Shown piece by piece: positions 36,922 through 44,531 of a stretch of DNA of 64,000 nt. Origin of the DNA: Verrucomicrobiota bacterium. Its GTDB lineage: Bacteria > Verrucomicrobiota > Verrucomicrobiia > Verrucomicrobiales > V1-33. Made by a program: the position numbers and the translations under genes. Where the stretch lies: NCBI GenBank assembly GCA_040386695.1, contig JAZKFB010000038.1, positions 23,157 through 87,156 of the forward strand, written 5' to 3'. A model generated the notes under the pieces. It was not told the DNA's origin, searched no databases, and was given only the letters and a program-made list of their open reading frames with translations. Position 1 is the first letter of the stretch; each line of letters begins with the position of its first letter.

Positions 36922-37703
36922 TTACGGGGTGCCGGTGGCGGCCCGCGCTTTGGCCGCGTTGGCCGCCCGGATGAAGGCGCTCTGCTCCGCGCTGGGGCCG
37001 GAGGGGGTGCCGCCCCGGCGCTCGATGCTGGGCGGCAGCAGGGCCAGCGCGGCGGCCAGGGGGAAGGTGCCCCAGGCGTCCTCCCGGCTGACACCGTATT
37101 CCGCCATGAGGAACTCCACGACGGTGGGGATCAGCCCGGCGTGCGGTCCGGCCTGGGCACCGGACGGGGGGGGAGGGGAGCCGGGGCCGCCACCGGGGAT
37201 GTCCCCGGCTGTGTGTTCGTGGGCGGCCCCGGCGTCCGGGGGTTTAGCTGGTCGAGCACGCGGAGCACTCCGGCGCACCACCCGGCCACGCGGCCCAGGC
37301 GGTAGGACGAGTCCCCGGCGGGAAAGGCGCGGCCCAGCCACTCCATCACCTCCATCAGAAAGTCCTCCTCCCCGCGCCGGGCGAAGAGGTAGGCGCGGAC
37401 GGGCTCGGCGAAACAGTAGGCCATGCCCGCCAGCCGGTCGATCTCCAGGCTGCCGCCGCCGTCGTCCCCGTCCGCGTCCTCCGGCGGCTGCGGGTAGAAT
37501 GGGGCGATGAGGCGCAGGGCGCAGTAGGTGGCGGCGGGGTTGGCGTAGAGGGTGATGCCCTCCACCACCTCGGAACGCAGCATGGCCAGGGCGTCGAGCA
37601 CGGCGGGGTCACCGCCCAGGGAGCGGATTTTTTCGCCCGCCTGGTGCCCGGCCACGGCGGCCTGCATGGTGGCGAAGATGTCGGGAGGAAGGTCTGGCGG
37701 CAT
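36922..37703 (-). CDS. Tail assembly chaperone frameshift product (GT-like), predicted -1 slip at C CCC CCC (37173-37167)
   Basis: ORF 36922-37341 is in the -1 frame relative to 37131-37703 (checked from coordinates mod 3). Only the part after the C8 run looks protein-like (GLIPTVVEFLMAEYGVSREDAWGTFPLAAALALLPP...). Confidence 0.5.
37131..37703 (-). CDS. Tail assembly chaperone (G-like product)
   Basis: 190-aa ORF immediately upstream of the tape measure. Its 3' end overlaps a -1-frame ORF. Confidence 0.55.
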   Translation of the reverse strand: MPPDLPPDIFATMQAAVAGHQAGEKIRSLGGDPAVLDALAMLRSEVVEGITLYANPAATYCALRLIAPFYPQPPEDADGDDGGGSLEIDRLAGMAYCFAEPVRAYLFARRGEEDFLMEVMEWLGRAFPAGDSSYRLGRVAGWCAGVLRVLDQLNPRTPGPPTNTQPGTSPVAAPAPLPPRPVPRPDRTPG

Positions 37704-37734
37704 AGTGGTGTTGGGAAAATAATGACCGGGAAAA

Positions 37735-38337
37735 TCAGCCCGCGCGGGAGAGCGGGCTGTCCCACTCCGTGCCCTCCAGCTGCAGGGCGTAGAAGCTGGC
37801 GTTGTCCCAGTGGTGGGTGATCTTGAGGCAGATCATCCGCGCGGTCTGGCCATTGGCCCGGAGGTAGGAAAACCACACGCCGCGCACCGGCGGCGGCGTC
37901 CCCGCGAGAAAGACGGCGGTGAGGCTGACGGACACGCGGGGATTGAGCAGGGCCACCCCGGCGGCCTTGCCCGCGAAGGGTCCGGCGGTCGCGGTCCACA
38001 CCTGCACGTCGCTGTCGTCCACCTCCGTCACCTCCTGGAGGATGCCCCACGGCACGCGGCGGCCGCCGCATCCGAAGATGAGGCGGGTGGCCAGCGGCGT
38101 GCCCGCGCCGTCGCGGGTGAAAAGCTCCGCCTTGCCGTGGAGGATCCACTCGCCGGGCGCGGCGATGTCCGCGCGCCGGGCGCTGACCTCCGCCTCCACC
38201 GTGCCTCCGCCGGTCCGTGCCGGGATGACAGGACCATTGACCACGGCACCGCCGGTGCTGCGGACATTGCCCCCGCCCCGGACCGGGCCATGGGCAAAGC
38301 CCACGGCGTAATGATAGGCGAAGGCGGTGGCTTCCAT
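37735..38337 (-). CDS. Phage structural protein, candidate major tail protein (by position)
   Basis: 200-aa ORF directly upstream of the chaperone pair. Confidence 0.4.
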   Translation of the reverse strand: MEATAFAYHYAVGFAHGPVRGGGNVRSTGGAVVNGPVIPARTGGGTVEAEVSARRADIAAPGEWILHGKAELFTRDGAGTPLATRLIFGCGGRRVPWGILQEVTEVDDSDVQVWTATAGPFAGKAAGVALLNPRVSVSLTAVFLAGTPPPVRGVWFSYLRANGQTARMICLKITHHWDNASFYALQLEGTEWDSPLSRAG

Positions 38338-38390
38338 GGGCGGGGGGCGCGGTCAGTAAGGGAGGGCGTCGGCGGCTGACCGCTCCGGCA

Positions 38391-38801
38391 TCAGTTGAGG
38401 AACTGAAAGGTGACCCCGCCCGTGTTGACCTTGAACGGATCGCCCGCCCCCACGGGGCTGGCGTTGTCAATCTGGAAGGCCCATACCTTGTCGCTGCCGC
38501 CCGCCTCAAAGAGGCAGATCCAGTTCGGCTGCCCCCAGCCCGCCCCGGCGGCGGCGGTGAACACCCAGTCCGTCAGGTTGCGGAAGGTTTTGGAGAACGA
38601 GCCCGCGACCACGCCCCAGTGAGTGCCATCATTGGCGAGAGGGATGCGGGCGTAGCCGGTGCCCGTGCATTCCACCCCGCCGTTGTTGGGATCGCCGGTG
38701 AAAAGCCCGAGATCGTAGGAGGCGGGCGGCGTCCAGACGTCGCCGCCCATGAGGGCTTTGCCGATGGCGAGGCGGGTGGCTTCGGAGTAGGAGATGGCCA
38801 T
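38391..38801 (-). CDS. Phage structural hypothetical protein
   Basis: 136-aa ORF in the head-tail joining/tail region. Confidence 0.4.
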   Translation of the reverse strand: MAISYSEATRLAIGKALMGGDVWTPPASYDLGLFTGDPNNGGVECTGTGYARIPLANDGTHWGVVAGSFSKTFRNLTDWVFTAAAGAGWGQPNWICLFEAGGSDKVWAFQIDNASPVGAGDPFKVNTGGVTFQFLN

Positions 38802-38841
38802 GGAGAAAGAAAGGGATGCTGGTCAGCGTCGGCCGGGCGGA

Positions 38842-39357
38842 TCAGGCGGGAGGGGTGTAAAGGACGACGGCCACGCTGCTGTCCTCCTCAAGGCCCACGC
38901 CATGGGTGTTGCCGAGGTTGAGACTGTCGCGGGCCTCGGCGGTGACCTCGATCATGCGCCAGCCCTCGCGCTCCCATTTGGCGGTGACGCCGGTGACCAC
39001 GGCCACATAGCCATCGTCCCCGGCGCGCTCCGCCACCGGGAGGTAAATGCTGATGCCGCTGCCGCGCGCCGGGCCGCTGCTGTCGTAGCTGAACAGGATG
39101 CTCATGGTGATTTGCCACCCGGGGTCGATGATGGCGATGGCCATGGTGGAGCCGCCGCCCTCCTTGAGATTGGACTGCTCGCCGACAGGAGAGGCGGTGA
39201 AGGAGGTGATGATCCCGCGGTTTTCCAGACCGGTGGTCGGAACGGACCACGTGCCGTAGGCGAACTTGAATCTGGTCGGGACTCCGCTGGCCATGGTGAA
39301 GGCGGCGGCGGAGGCGTGGACGACATGGCGGCTGGTGCCGGTGGGAAGGATGTTCAT
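38842..39357 (-). CDS. Phage structural hypothetical protein (alternative tail tube candidate)
   Basis: 171-aa ORF with beta-rich-looking sequence. Confidence 0.4.
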   Translation of the reverse strand: MNILPTGTSRHVVHASAAAFTMASGVPTRFKFAYGTWSVPTTGLENRGIITSFTASPVGEQSNLKEGGGSTMAIAIIDPGWQITMSILFSYDSSGPARGSGISIYLPVAERAGDDGYVAVVTGVTAKWEREGWRMIEVTAEARDSLNLGNTHGVGLEEDSSVAVVLYTPPA

Positions 39358-39399
39358 GGGGTGGGCGGGAAAAGGATGGCGGTGGTTAAAGAACGGGGA

Positions 39400-39939
39400 T
39401 CAGAGCGGCAGCGGGACGTGGGTGGCCTTGACCGGGCTTTCGAGGGCGATCAGATTACTGAACCGGATCTCGCGGGCGGGATGCTCCAGGGCGATGTCGG
39501 CATACGGTCCCTGGTAGGCGCCGCTGCCCTGGTGCTCGAACTGGCCGACGTGCGGGTGCAGGCCCTGGCCTTTGGCGAGCATGTCCCTGTCGGGCGGGTC
39601 CGTCCCCTCCTGGTGGAACATCAGGCTGAGCACCCAGCGGCGCGCGGTCTCCTCCGCCTCCAGCAGCTTCAGCTGGGCGGCGGCGGTGGCGTTGATGGAC
39701 AGGCCGCGCGCCACCTGCACCACCACGCGGGTGGACAGGCGGCAGACCATGCCCATGCCGTCGCCCTCCACGGCGGTCAGCTCCCCGCAGATGATGACCA
39801 CGCGGACCCGCTGGGGCGCGGCCCCGGTGAGCACCTCCATCGCCGTGAACTCATCATCCGCCGCCGACACATTGCAGTCCGACCCCAGGGAGTCGGATAA
39901 AACGGAGCGGACGGCGGTGATGAAGATGGCGGGAGTCAT
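39400..39939 (-). CDS. Phage head-tail joining/tail completion candidate
   Basis: Start chosen at the internal ATG 39939 (MTPAIFITAVRSVL...) of ORF 39400-40086. Positional call. Confidence 0.4.
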   Translation of the reverse strand: MTPAIFITAVRSVLSDSLGSDCNVSAADDEFTAMEVLTGAAPQRVRVVIICGELTAVEGDGMGMVCRLSTRVVVQVARGLSINATAAAQLKLLEAEETARRWVLSLMFHQEGTDPPDRDMLAKGQGLHPHVGQFEHQGSGAYQGPYADIALEHPAREIRFSNLIALESPVKATHVPLPL

Positions 39940-39976
39940 GCGGGGAAGCGGTCGGGAGTTGGGGAAAAGGGGGGGA

Positions 39977-40339
39977 TCAGTGGCCGTCGGCGCTGGCGTC
40001 CGGCGGTTGGGAAAGGATGTGGCGCAGGCGGCGCTGCACGGTGACGGGGTTGATCCCCCGGCGGGCCAGCAGGGCCGTGCCCTCATCGCTCCCGGCCATG
40101 GCCAGCAGCGCGGTCAGCGCGTGGGCGGCATTGCGCAGGCCGGTGTTCACGGCGGCGATGCTGCACACGAACTGGGTGTGGTGCCCGCGCAGATCGTCCG
40201 GCACGGAGATGATCTCATCCACCGTCGCGGTCGGCAGCACGGGCACGGCGTCCGGCACGGGCGCGTTGTCCGCAGGTTCAGCGGCGGGCGGAGTGGCGGG
40301 CGGGACAGGGGGCGGAGTGGCGGAGGCTTTGGCGGGCAT
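39977..40339 (-). CDS. Phage hypothetical protein
   Basis: 120-aa ORF with a Pro/Ala-rich N-terminus followed by a helical-looking C-terminus. Confidence 0.35.
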   Translation of the reverse strand: MPAKASATPPPVPPATPPAAEPADNAPVPDAVPVLPTATVDEIISVPDDLRGHHTQFVCSIAAVNTGLRNAAHALTALLAMAGSDEGTALLARRGINPVTVQRRLRHILSQPPDASADGH

Positions 40340-40384
40340 GGGATGGATGGAGATGGGATGGATGGAGATGGGCGGACGATTGGT

Positions 40385-40633
40385 TCAGGCAGGGGTGGAG
40401 CCGCAGGCCTCCGGGGCCGTGGCGTCGATCACCGAATCCTTTGGATCGTGGGAGCGGGGATAGGGATTGGGCTCATTCAGCTCCTGTAAATCTTTGCCAA
40501 GCCACATACTGGCTTCCTCCAGTTTTGTAATGGCAAGGCTACGGCTACGGCTTTGGCGAGGGGATGCCGTCAGAGATTCGTGCAGTTCCTTGATGCTTTG
40601 ACGCGCTTGTTTTGTTTCGGCTACAGGTTCCAT
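40385..40633 (-). CDS. Small phage protein with an RSLAITKLEEASMW helical-hairpin motif (Acb2/Tad1-hairpin-like, tentative)
   Basis: Start chosen at the internal ATG 40633 (MEPVAETKQARQSIKELHESL...), giving 82 aa. The motif was recognised from memory of small phage proteins and not verified by any search. Confidence 0.35.
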   Translation of the reverse strand: MEPVAETKQARQSIKELHESLTASPRQSRSRSLAITKLEEASMWLGKDLQELNEPNPYPRSHDPKDSVIDATAPEACGSTPA

Positions 40634-40665
40634 TTTGTTATGTGGTGGATGGTGGTGGGACGGGA

Positions 40666-41109
40666 TCAGAAAAGGAGGCGGCGGCAGGATGGCTTGGTAT
40701 TCATCGGCTCGGTGGCGGCGGCGGGGGCAATGCTGGCGGCGGGCGCGGCGGGCAGCGGGGAGACGGCATCCAGCAGGACCTTGCCGCTGCCGATGTCGCG
40801 CAGGCTTTTGCGCGCGGTGTCCGCCTTGGCGGTGGCGGGGTTGGCCTCGGCGTAAATGCCGCGCCGGATGTAGAGGGCTTCGAGCGTGATCCACCGGGCG
40901 GCGGTTTTCAGCGCCGGGTGGACGGGGTCGGGAAAGGGGTGCGCATAGCGCGGGGCCATCAGCCCGTCGATCTCCTCGCTGACCGTGGCGCAGATGCTGT
41001 CCCACACCTCCTCCGGGGACTGCTGACTGGTCTGGTCGGAGCAGGCGTCGTGGATTTTTTCGAGGGGCATCACGCCCGTCAGCTCCTGCTGGGTGATGTA
41101 TCCGGGCAT
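40666..41109 (-). CDS. DUF1320 / Mu gp36-like head-tail connector protein
   Basis: Start chosen at the internal ATG 41109 (MPGYITQQELTGVMPLEKIHDACSD...). It sits immediately after the capsid gene as in Mu-like phages. Confidence 0.5.
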   Translation of the reverse strand: MPGYITQQELTGVMPLEKIHDACSDQTSQQSPEEVWDSICATVSEEIDGLMAPRYAHPFPDPVHPALKTAARWITLEALYIRRGIYAEANPATAKADTARKSLRDIGSGKVLLDAVSPLPAAPAASIAPAAATEPMNTKPSCRRLLF

Positions 41110-41227
41110 CGGTCGGGGAGAGGGGGGAAGGAGGGGATGGGGCGGACGGGGGAAAACCAAAACTCCCGCCCGCCCCGGATTCGCCGGGCGCGGCTGTGAG
41201 TCCGCGCCCGGCAAAAGGGAATCAGGA

Positions 41228-42160
41228 TCAGGCCGCGTCCGCGCCGGTCGAACCATAGGCCGCCGTTGGATCGCTGAGCGAGAGGTTGCCCCGGTGGTAG
41301 AGCTGATAGAGATACTGGTCACTGAGCATCACGCTCGCGTCCTCCGGGTTGGTCTGCATGTAGCTCGCCAGCGGCACCTCCGTCTGGTAGATGGCGGGCT
41401 TGACGAACTGGGTGTCGAACAGGAACCAGGCGTCCGGCATCAGCACGTCCAGATACGGCCACACCCTCAGCTCCGCCTTGTTGAAGTTCGGATTGTCCGC
41501 ACCGCTGGTCAGCTTCGCCATCTGCACGATGGACTGGCCGAGGGATTCGTTGTTGGCGCTGACGACCAGCACCATTTTGGAGCCGAGTCCGAGGATGTTT
41601 CCCTCCGCGTCCGTGCGGGTGCGGATGCTCTTCACGCCCGTTTCGAAGTTGGCGGCGCTGAGCTTCTTTGTTCCGAGATTGGCGATGGTCCCCGGCTTGC
41701 CCGCCGCGATCTTCCGCGCGGCTGAAAAGAACGGACTGCCCGTATAGTCCACGAAGGTGAACCCGCCAGTGAGGGCGGAGGCCAGGCGCTGCTCCTTGAA
41801 GATGGGCCAGACCATGGCGTGATTGGTGATGTCCCGCTCGTAGATCCTCCCCTGCTGGCGCTCCAGGACCGCGCGATTGAGGCCGATGAGGCGGCTCCAG
41901 GTTTTATTCTCGATAGTGAACTGCACCGTGCTCAGGTTCTGTTGCTCCTGAAGATTGCCGGTCAGCTCCTTCAGCATGGGGATGCCGGCCGCGCTGTCAT
42001 ATTCCATGCTGGCGAACCCGGCGGCGTTGGTCTCCTCCAGCAGGAGGTCACTGAGACGCGGCGGGCCACTGCCGGCCAGCGCGTCGAGCGCTTTTTTGAG
42101 CGTGATATTGTAACCGGTGTTGAGGCCCCGGAGATAGCCATGGGTGAGGACGATGGACAT
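41228..42160 (-). CDS. Major capsid protein, Mu gpT-like
   Basis: 310-aa ORF. Length, position after gpI/decoration genes and collinear blocks match Mu gpT as I recall it (FTIENKTW, SPFFSA, MVLVVSANNE, LRVWPYL..DAWFLFDT). Confidence 0.75.
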   Translation of the reverse strand: MSIVLTHGYLRGLNTGYNITLKKALDALAGSGPPRLSDLLLEETNAAGFASMEYDSAAGIPMLKELTGNLQEQQNLSTVQFTIENKTWSRLIGLNRAVLERQQGRIYERDITNHAMVWPIFKEQRLASALTGGFTFVDYTGSPFFSAARKIAAGKPGTIANLGTKKLSAANFETGVKSIRTRTDAEGNILGLGSKMVLVVSANNESLGQSIVQMAKLTSGADNPNFNKAELRVWPYLDVLMPDAWFLFDTQFVKPAIYQTEVPLASYMQTNPEDASVMLSDQYLYQLYHRGNLSLSDPTAAYGSTGADAA

Positions 42161-42209
42161 GGGTGGTGGAAAGTGTCAGGGTATGGAGGTTGGGGAGAGG
42201 ACGGCGCGG

Positions 42210-42629
42210 TCAGTGGTTGGGCGCGATGTTAATGCGCAGGGTGCCGTCGGGATTGATGCCCATGAGGATGCCCGCCTTGACGCTGTTGGTGCCGGTCGCG
42301 GACTGGATGGTCTGGTTATCCTTGATGTAAACGGTGCGTCCCACGTGGGCGATGGTGCAGGGGTTGGTGCCGTCGTTGGCGTAGCCGCTGTGCGGGCCGG
42401 ACGGGGCGAGGATGGTTTTGGCACCGGCGCTGCCGGTGTTGTCCACCGTCTCGCTGGCCACGCCCACCACCTTGCAGCTGGCGGCGTCGGCGGCGTTGAT
42501 GGCGTGGCCGCTGGCGTTGACTCCCACGAGCGCGCCCGCCGGGATCTTGGTGGCGGCCGCCACGGGGAGCGGGGAGAGGGTGTCACCCGTCAGACGGCGG
42601 ATGTCGATTTCGGTGGTGGTGGCGGACAT
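42210..42629 (-). CDS. DUF2190-like head decoration/cement protein
   Basis: 139-aa ORF between the protease/scaffold and capsid genes, with Gly/Ala-rich beta-type sequence. Confidence 0.5.
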   Translation of the reverse strand: MSATTTEIDIRRLTGDTLSPLPVAAATKIPAGALVGVNASGHAINAADAASCKVVGVASETVDNTGSAGAKTILAPSGPHSGYANDGTNPCTIAHVGRTVYIKDNQTIQSATGTNSVKAGILMGINPDGTLRINIAPNH

Positions 42630-42752
42630 GGCGGGAGGCGGTCAGGTGTGGCGGTGAAGTTTTGGAAAGCGCGGCCGGTCGCGGGGGGATCAGACCCCGC
42701 GTTGTTGCAGCCCCCGGCCGGGGCATGGTTGTGTATGGGTGTGAGGGAATGG

Positions 42753-43778
42753 TCAGGCCTTGCCTGCGGTGGCCGGGTCATGGCCCAGATCGCGCAGGGC
42801 CATGGCTGTGTCGGCATTCATGGCCGGGGCCACCGGCTGCCCGGCGGAGAGGGCGACAGGTGTGCGCTGGGAGAGGGGCACCACATCGGGCGGCAGCTTG
42901 TCCAGGAGGGCCTTTGTGCGGTCCGCGCCCAGCAGCACCAGGTCATCGGCGCTCAGCGGCACCAGCTTGCCCGCCAGGGTGGCGGCGTCCATCTGCCGCT
43001 GGATGTCCAGCATCAGGGTGGACTTGACCTGATCAGCCCTGAGTTCAGTGACCTGCGCCTGAAGCAGATTCAGGGTGGCGGAAAAGGTGTCGGGCGCGGC
43101 AGGGGCGGCGGCGGGATCGGCGAGCGCGGCGGTCAGGGCGGTTTCGATTTGTTCGGGCGTGGCGTCCTCGGCGAGGGTCTGGCCGTGACGGGCGAGCAGG
43201 GTGATGAGCAGTTTGAGGTAGGACATGGAGGTGGCGGGTGGATCGGTGGGGGGGAAAGCGGGGTCGGCGAAAAGCAGGGCGAGGTCCGCGCCGAGGCTGA
43301 CGGGGGCGATGGTCACGCCGTTCACCTCGCCGTGATCGCAGAGCGCGAAGCTGTGGAGGGCGATGACGACGCCGTCCTTGTCGCGGTAGGGCGCGGCGCT
43401 GATGTCGCCGTAGTCGGTGGGCACATGCTCCAGACCGGCGGCGGTCCACTTCGCTCCTTCAATAACGATCCCCTCTCCGGGGATCACTCGGGGCCTGCCG
43501 GACTCAACGGCGAAAGTGATTGGATGTTTGACATCCGGGCGGCAGCTCTCGTGCTGGAAGTCGCCTTTGACGGTGGGCCTTTTGATCCGCGCCTGGTTGG
43601 CGTCGAACACGGCCAGCGTCCGCTCGTCCACGATCACCGTGCCCTTGTTGGTCTCATGCCTGCCCCAGGGCAGGATGACAAAGCGGCCCGGCAGCGCCCT
43701 CGCGGCACCGTCGCCGGTGGGCTGCGGGGCCTGCGCGGCGCGGAGCAGGATGAGGTCTGGCTTTCTGGGTTGCGGCAC
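42753..43778 (-). CDS. Mu gpI-like head protease/scaffold
   Basis: 341-aa ORF. The N-terminus LPGRFVILPWGRHE ... VKGDFQHES fits the Mu-like prophage I pattern. The C-terminal half is helical and scaffold-like. Confidence 0.7.
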   Translation of the reverse strand: MPQPRKPDLILLRAAQAPQPTGDGAARALPGRFVILPWGRHETNKGTVIVDERTLAVFDANQARIKRPTVKGDFQHESCRPDVKHPITFAVESGRPRVIPGEGIVIEGAKWTAAGLEHVPTDYGDISAAPYRDKDGVVIALHSFALCDHGEVNGVTIAPVSLGADLALLFADPAFPPTDPPATSMSYLKLLITLLARHGQTLAEDATPEQIETALTAALADPAAAPAAPDTFSATLNLLQAQVTELRADQVKSTLMLDIQRQMDAATLAGKLVPLSADDLVLLGADRTKALLDKLPPDVVPLSQRTPVALSAGQPVAPAMNADTAMALRDLGHDPATAGKA

Positions 43779-43829
43779 AGGCGGACCATGCCCGAGCCAA
43801 ACCGATCCGCACGAAAAGGGGCGACGGTG

Positions 43830-44345
43830 TCAACGCGGATCCGCGATGGCCCGTCTGATCAGCGACTCCACATTGCGCGCGGCCCTCTCCGTGATGCTGC
43901 CATCCCGGTAAAAGGGCATGTAAGGGCGCGACGGGATGCGGCTGCCGGGGTGGTTCACCTTTTTCGCGAACGTGCCCCCGAACTTCAGGGCCTTTTTATT
44001 TTTAGGGCGGATGATGTGGGGCGGCGTCTTCCCGCCCAGCTGGTGGATGGCGGCGTAGAGCCGGTCGCTGCCGATGGTCACGCCGCCCGCCCCCACCACG
44101 CGCACGCTCTGCCGCAGGGCCGTGGACTTTTGCAGATCCGTGGCCATGCCGTTTGTCTTCAGATGCCACGGCAGGGGGCGCAGCCCCCGGTCCGTGGCGA
44201 AGCTGCGCTTGGAGATGGACACCAGCGACAGGCCGATCTTTTGCAGCAGCGCCGTGCGCCCCGCGCCGGTGATGGCCAGCACCTTTTTTTGCAGGTCAGG
44301 GCTGAAGGTGTTGCCCAGCTGGCGGATGGAGGCGCGGATCTGCAT
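43830..44345 (-). CDS. Phage virion morphogenesis protein, Mu gpG-like
   Basis: 171-aa ORF with SISKRSFATDRG..PWHLKTNG ... LRQSVRVV ... IGSDRLYAAIHQLGG. Confidence 0.7.
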   Translation of the reverse strand: MQIRASIRQLGNTFSPDLQKKVLAITGAGRTALLQKIGLSLVSISKRSFATDRGLRPLPWHLKTNGMATDLQKSTALRQSVRVVGAGGVTIGSDRLYAAIHQLGGKTPPHIIRPKNKKALKFGGTFAKKVNHPGSRIPSRPYMPFYRDGSITERAARNVESLIRRAIADPR

Positions 44346-44351
44346 GGTCGG

Positions 44352-44531
44352 TCAATCAAAGGGCGGGATGGCGAATGCTTTGCCCGCCACGGTGATAAGC
44401 CAGTTTCCCGCACTGTCCACCTGCGGCACAAGATCACCTATCCCGGCGGCGGCGGCTCCGGCCTCGTCCTCCGACGTGCCGGTGTGCGTGGCGATCCATT
44501 CCGTGAGGCGCTGGAATTCCTGGGGATTCAT
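44352..44531 (-). CDS. Small ORF coupled to the MuF-zincin gene (function unknown)
   Basis: Internal ATG 44531 (MNPQEFQRLTEWIATHTG...) overlaps the MuF stop (ATGA). 59 aa. Confidence 0.35.
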   Translation of the reverse strand: MNPQEFQRLTEWIATHTGTSEDEAGAAAAGIGDLVPQVDSAGNWLITVAGKAFAIPPFD

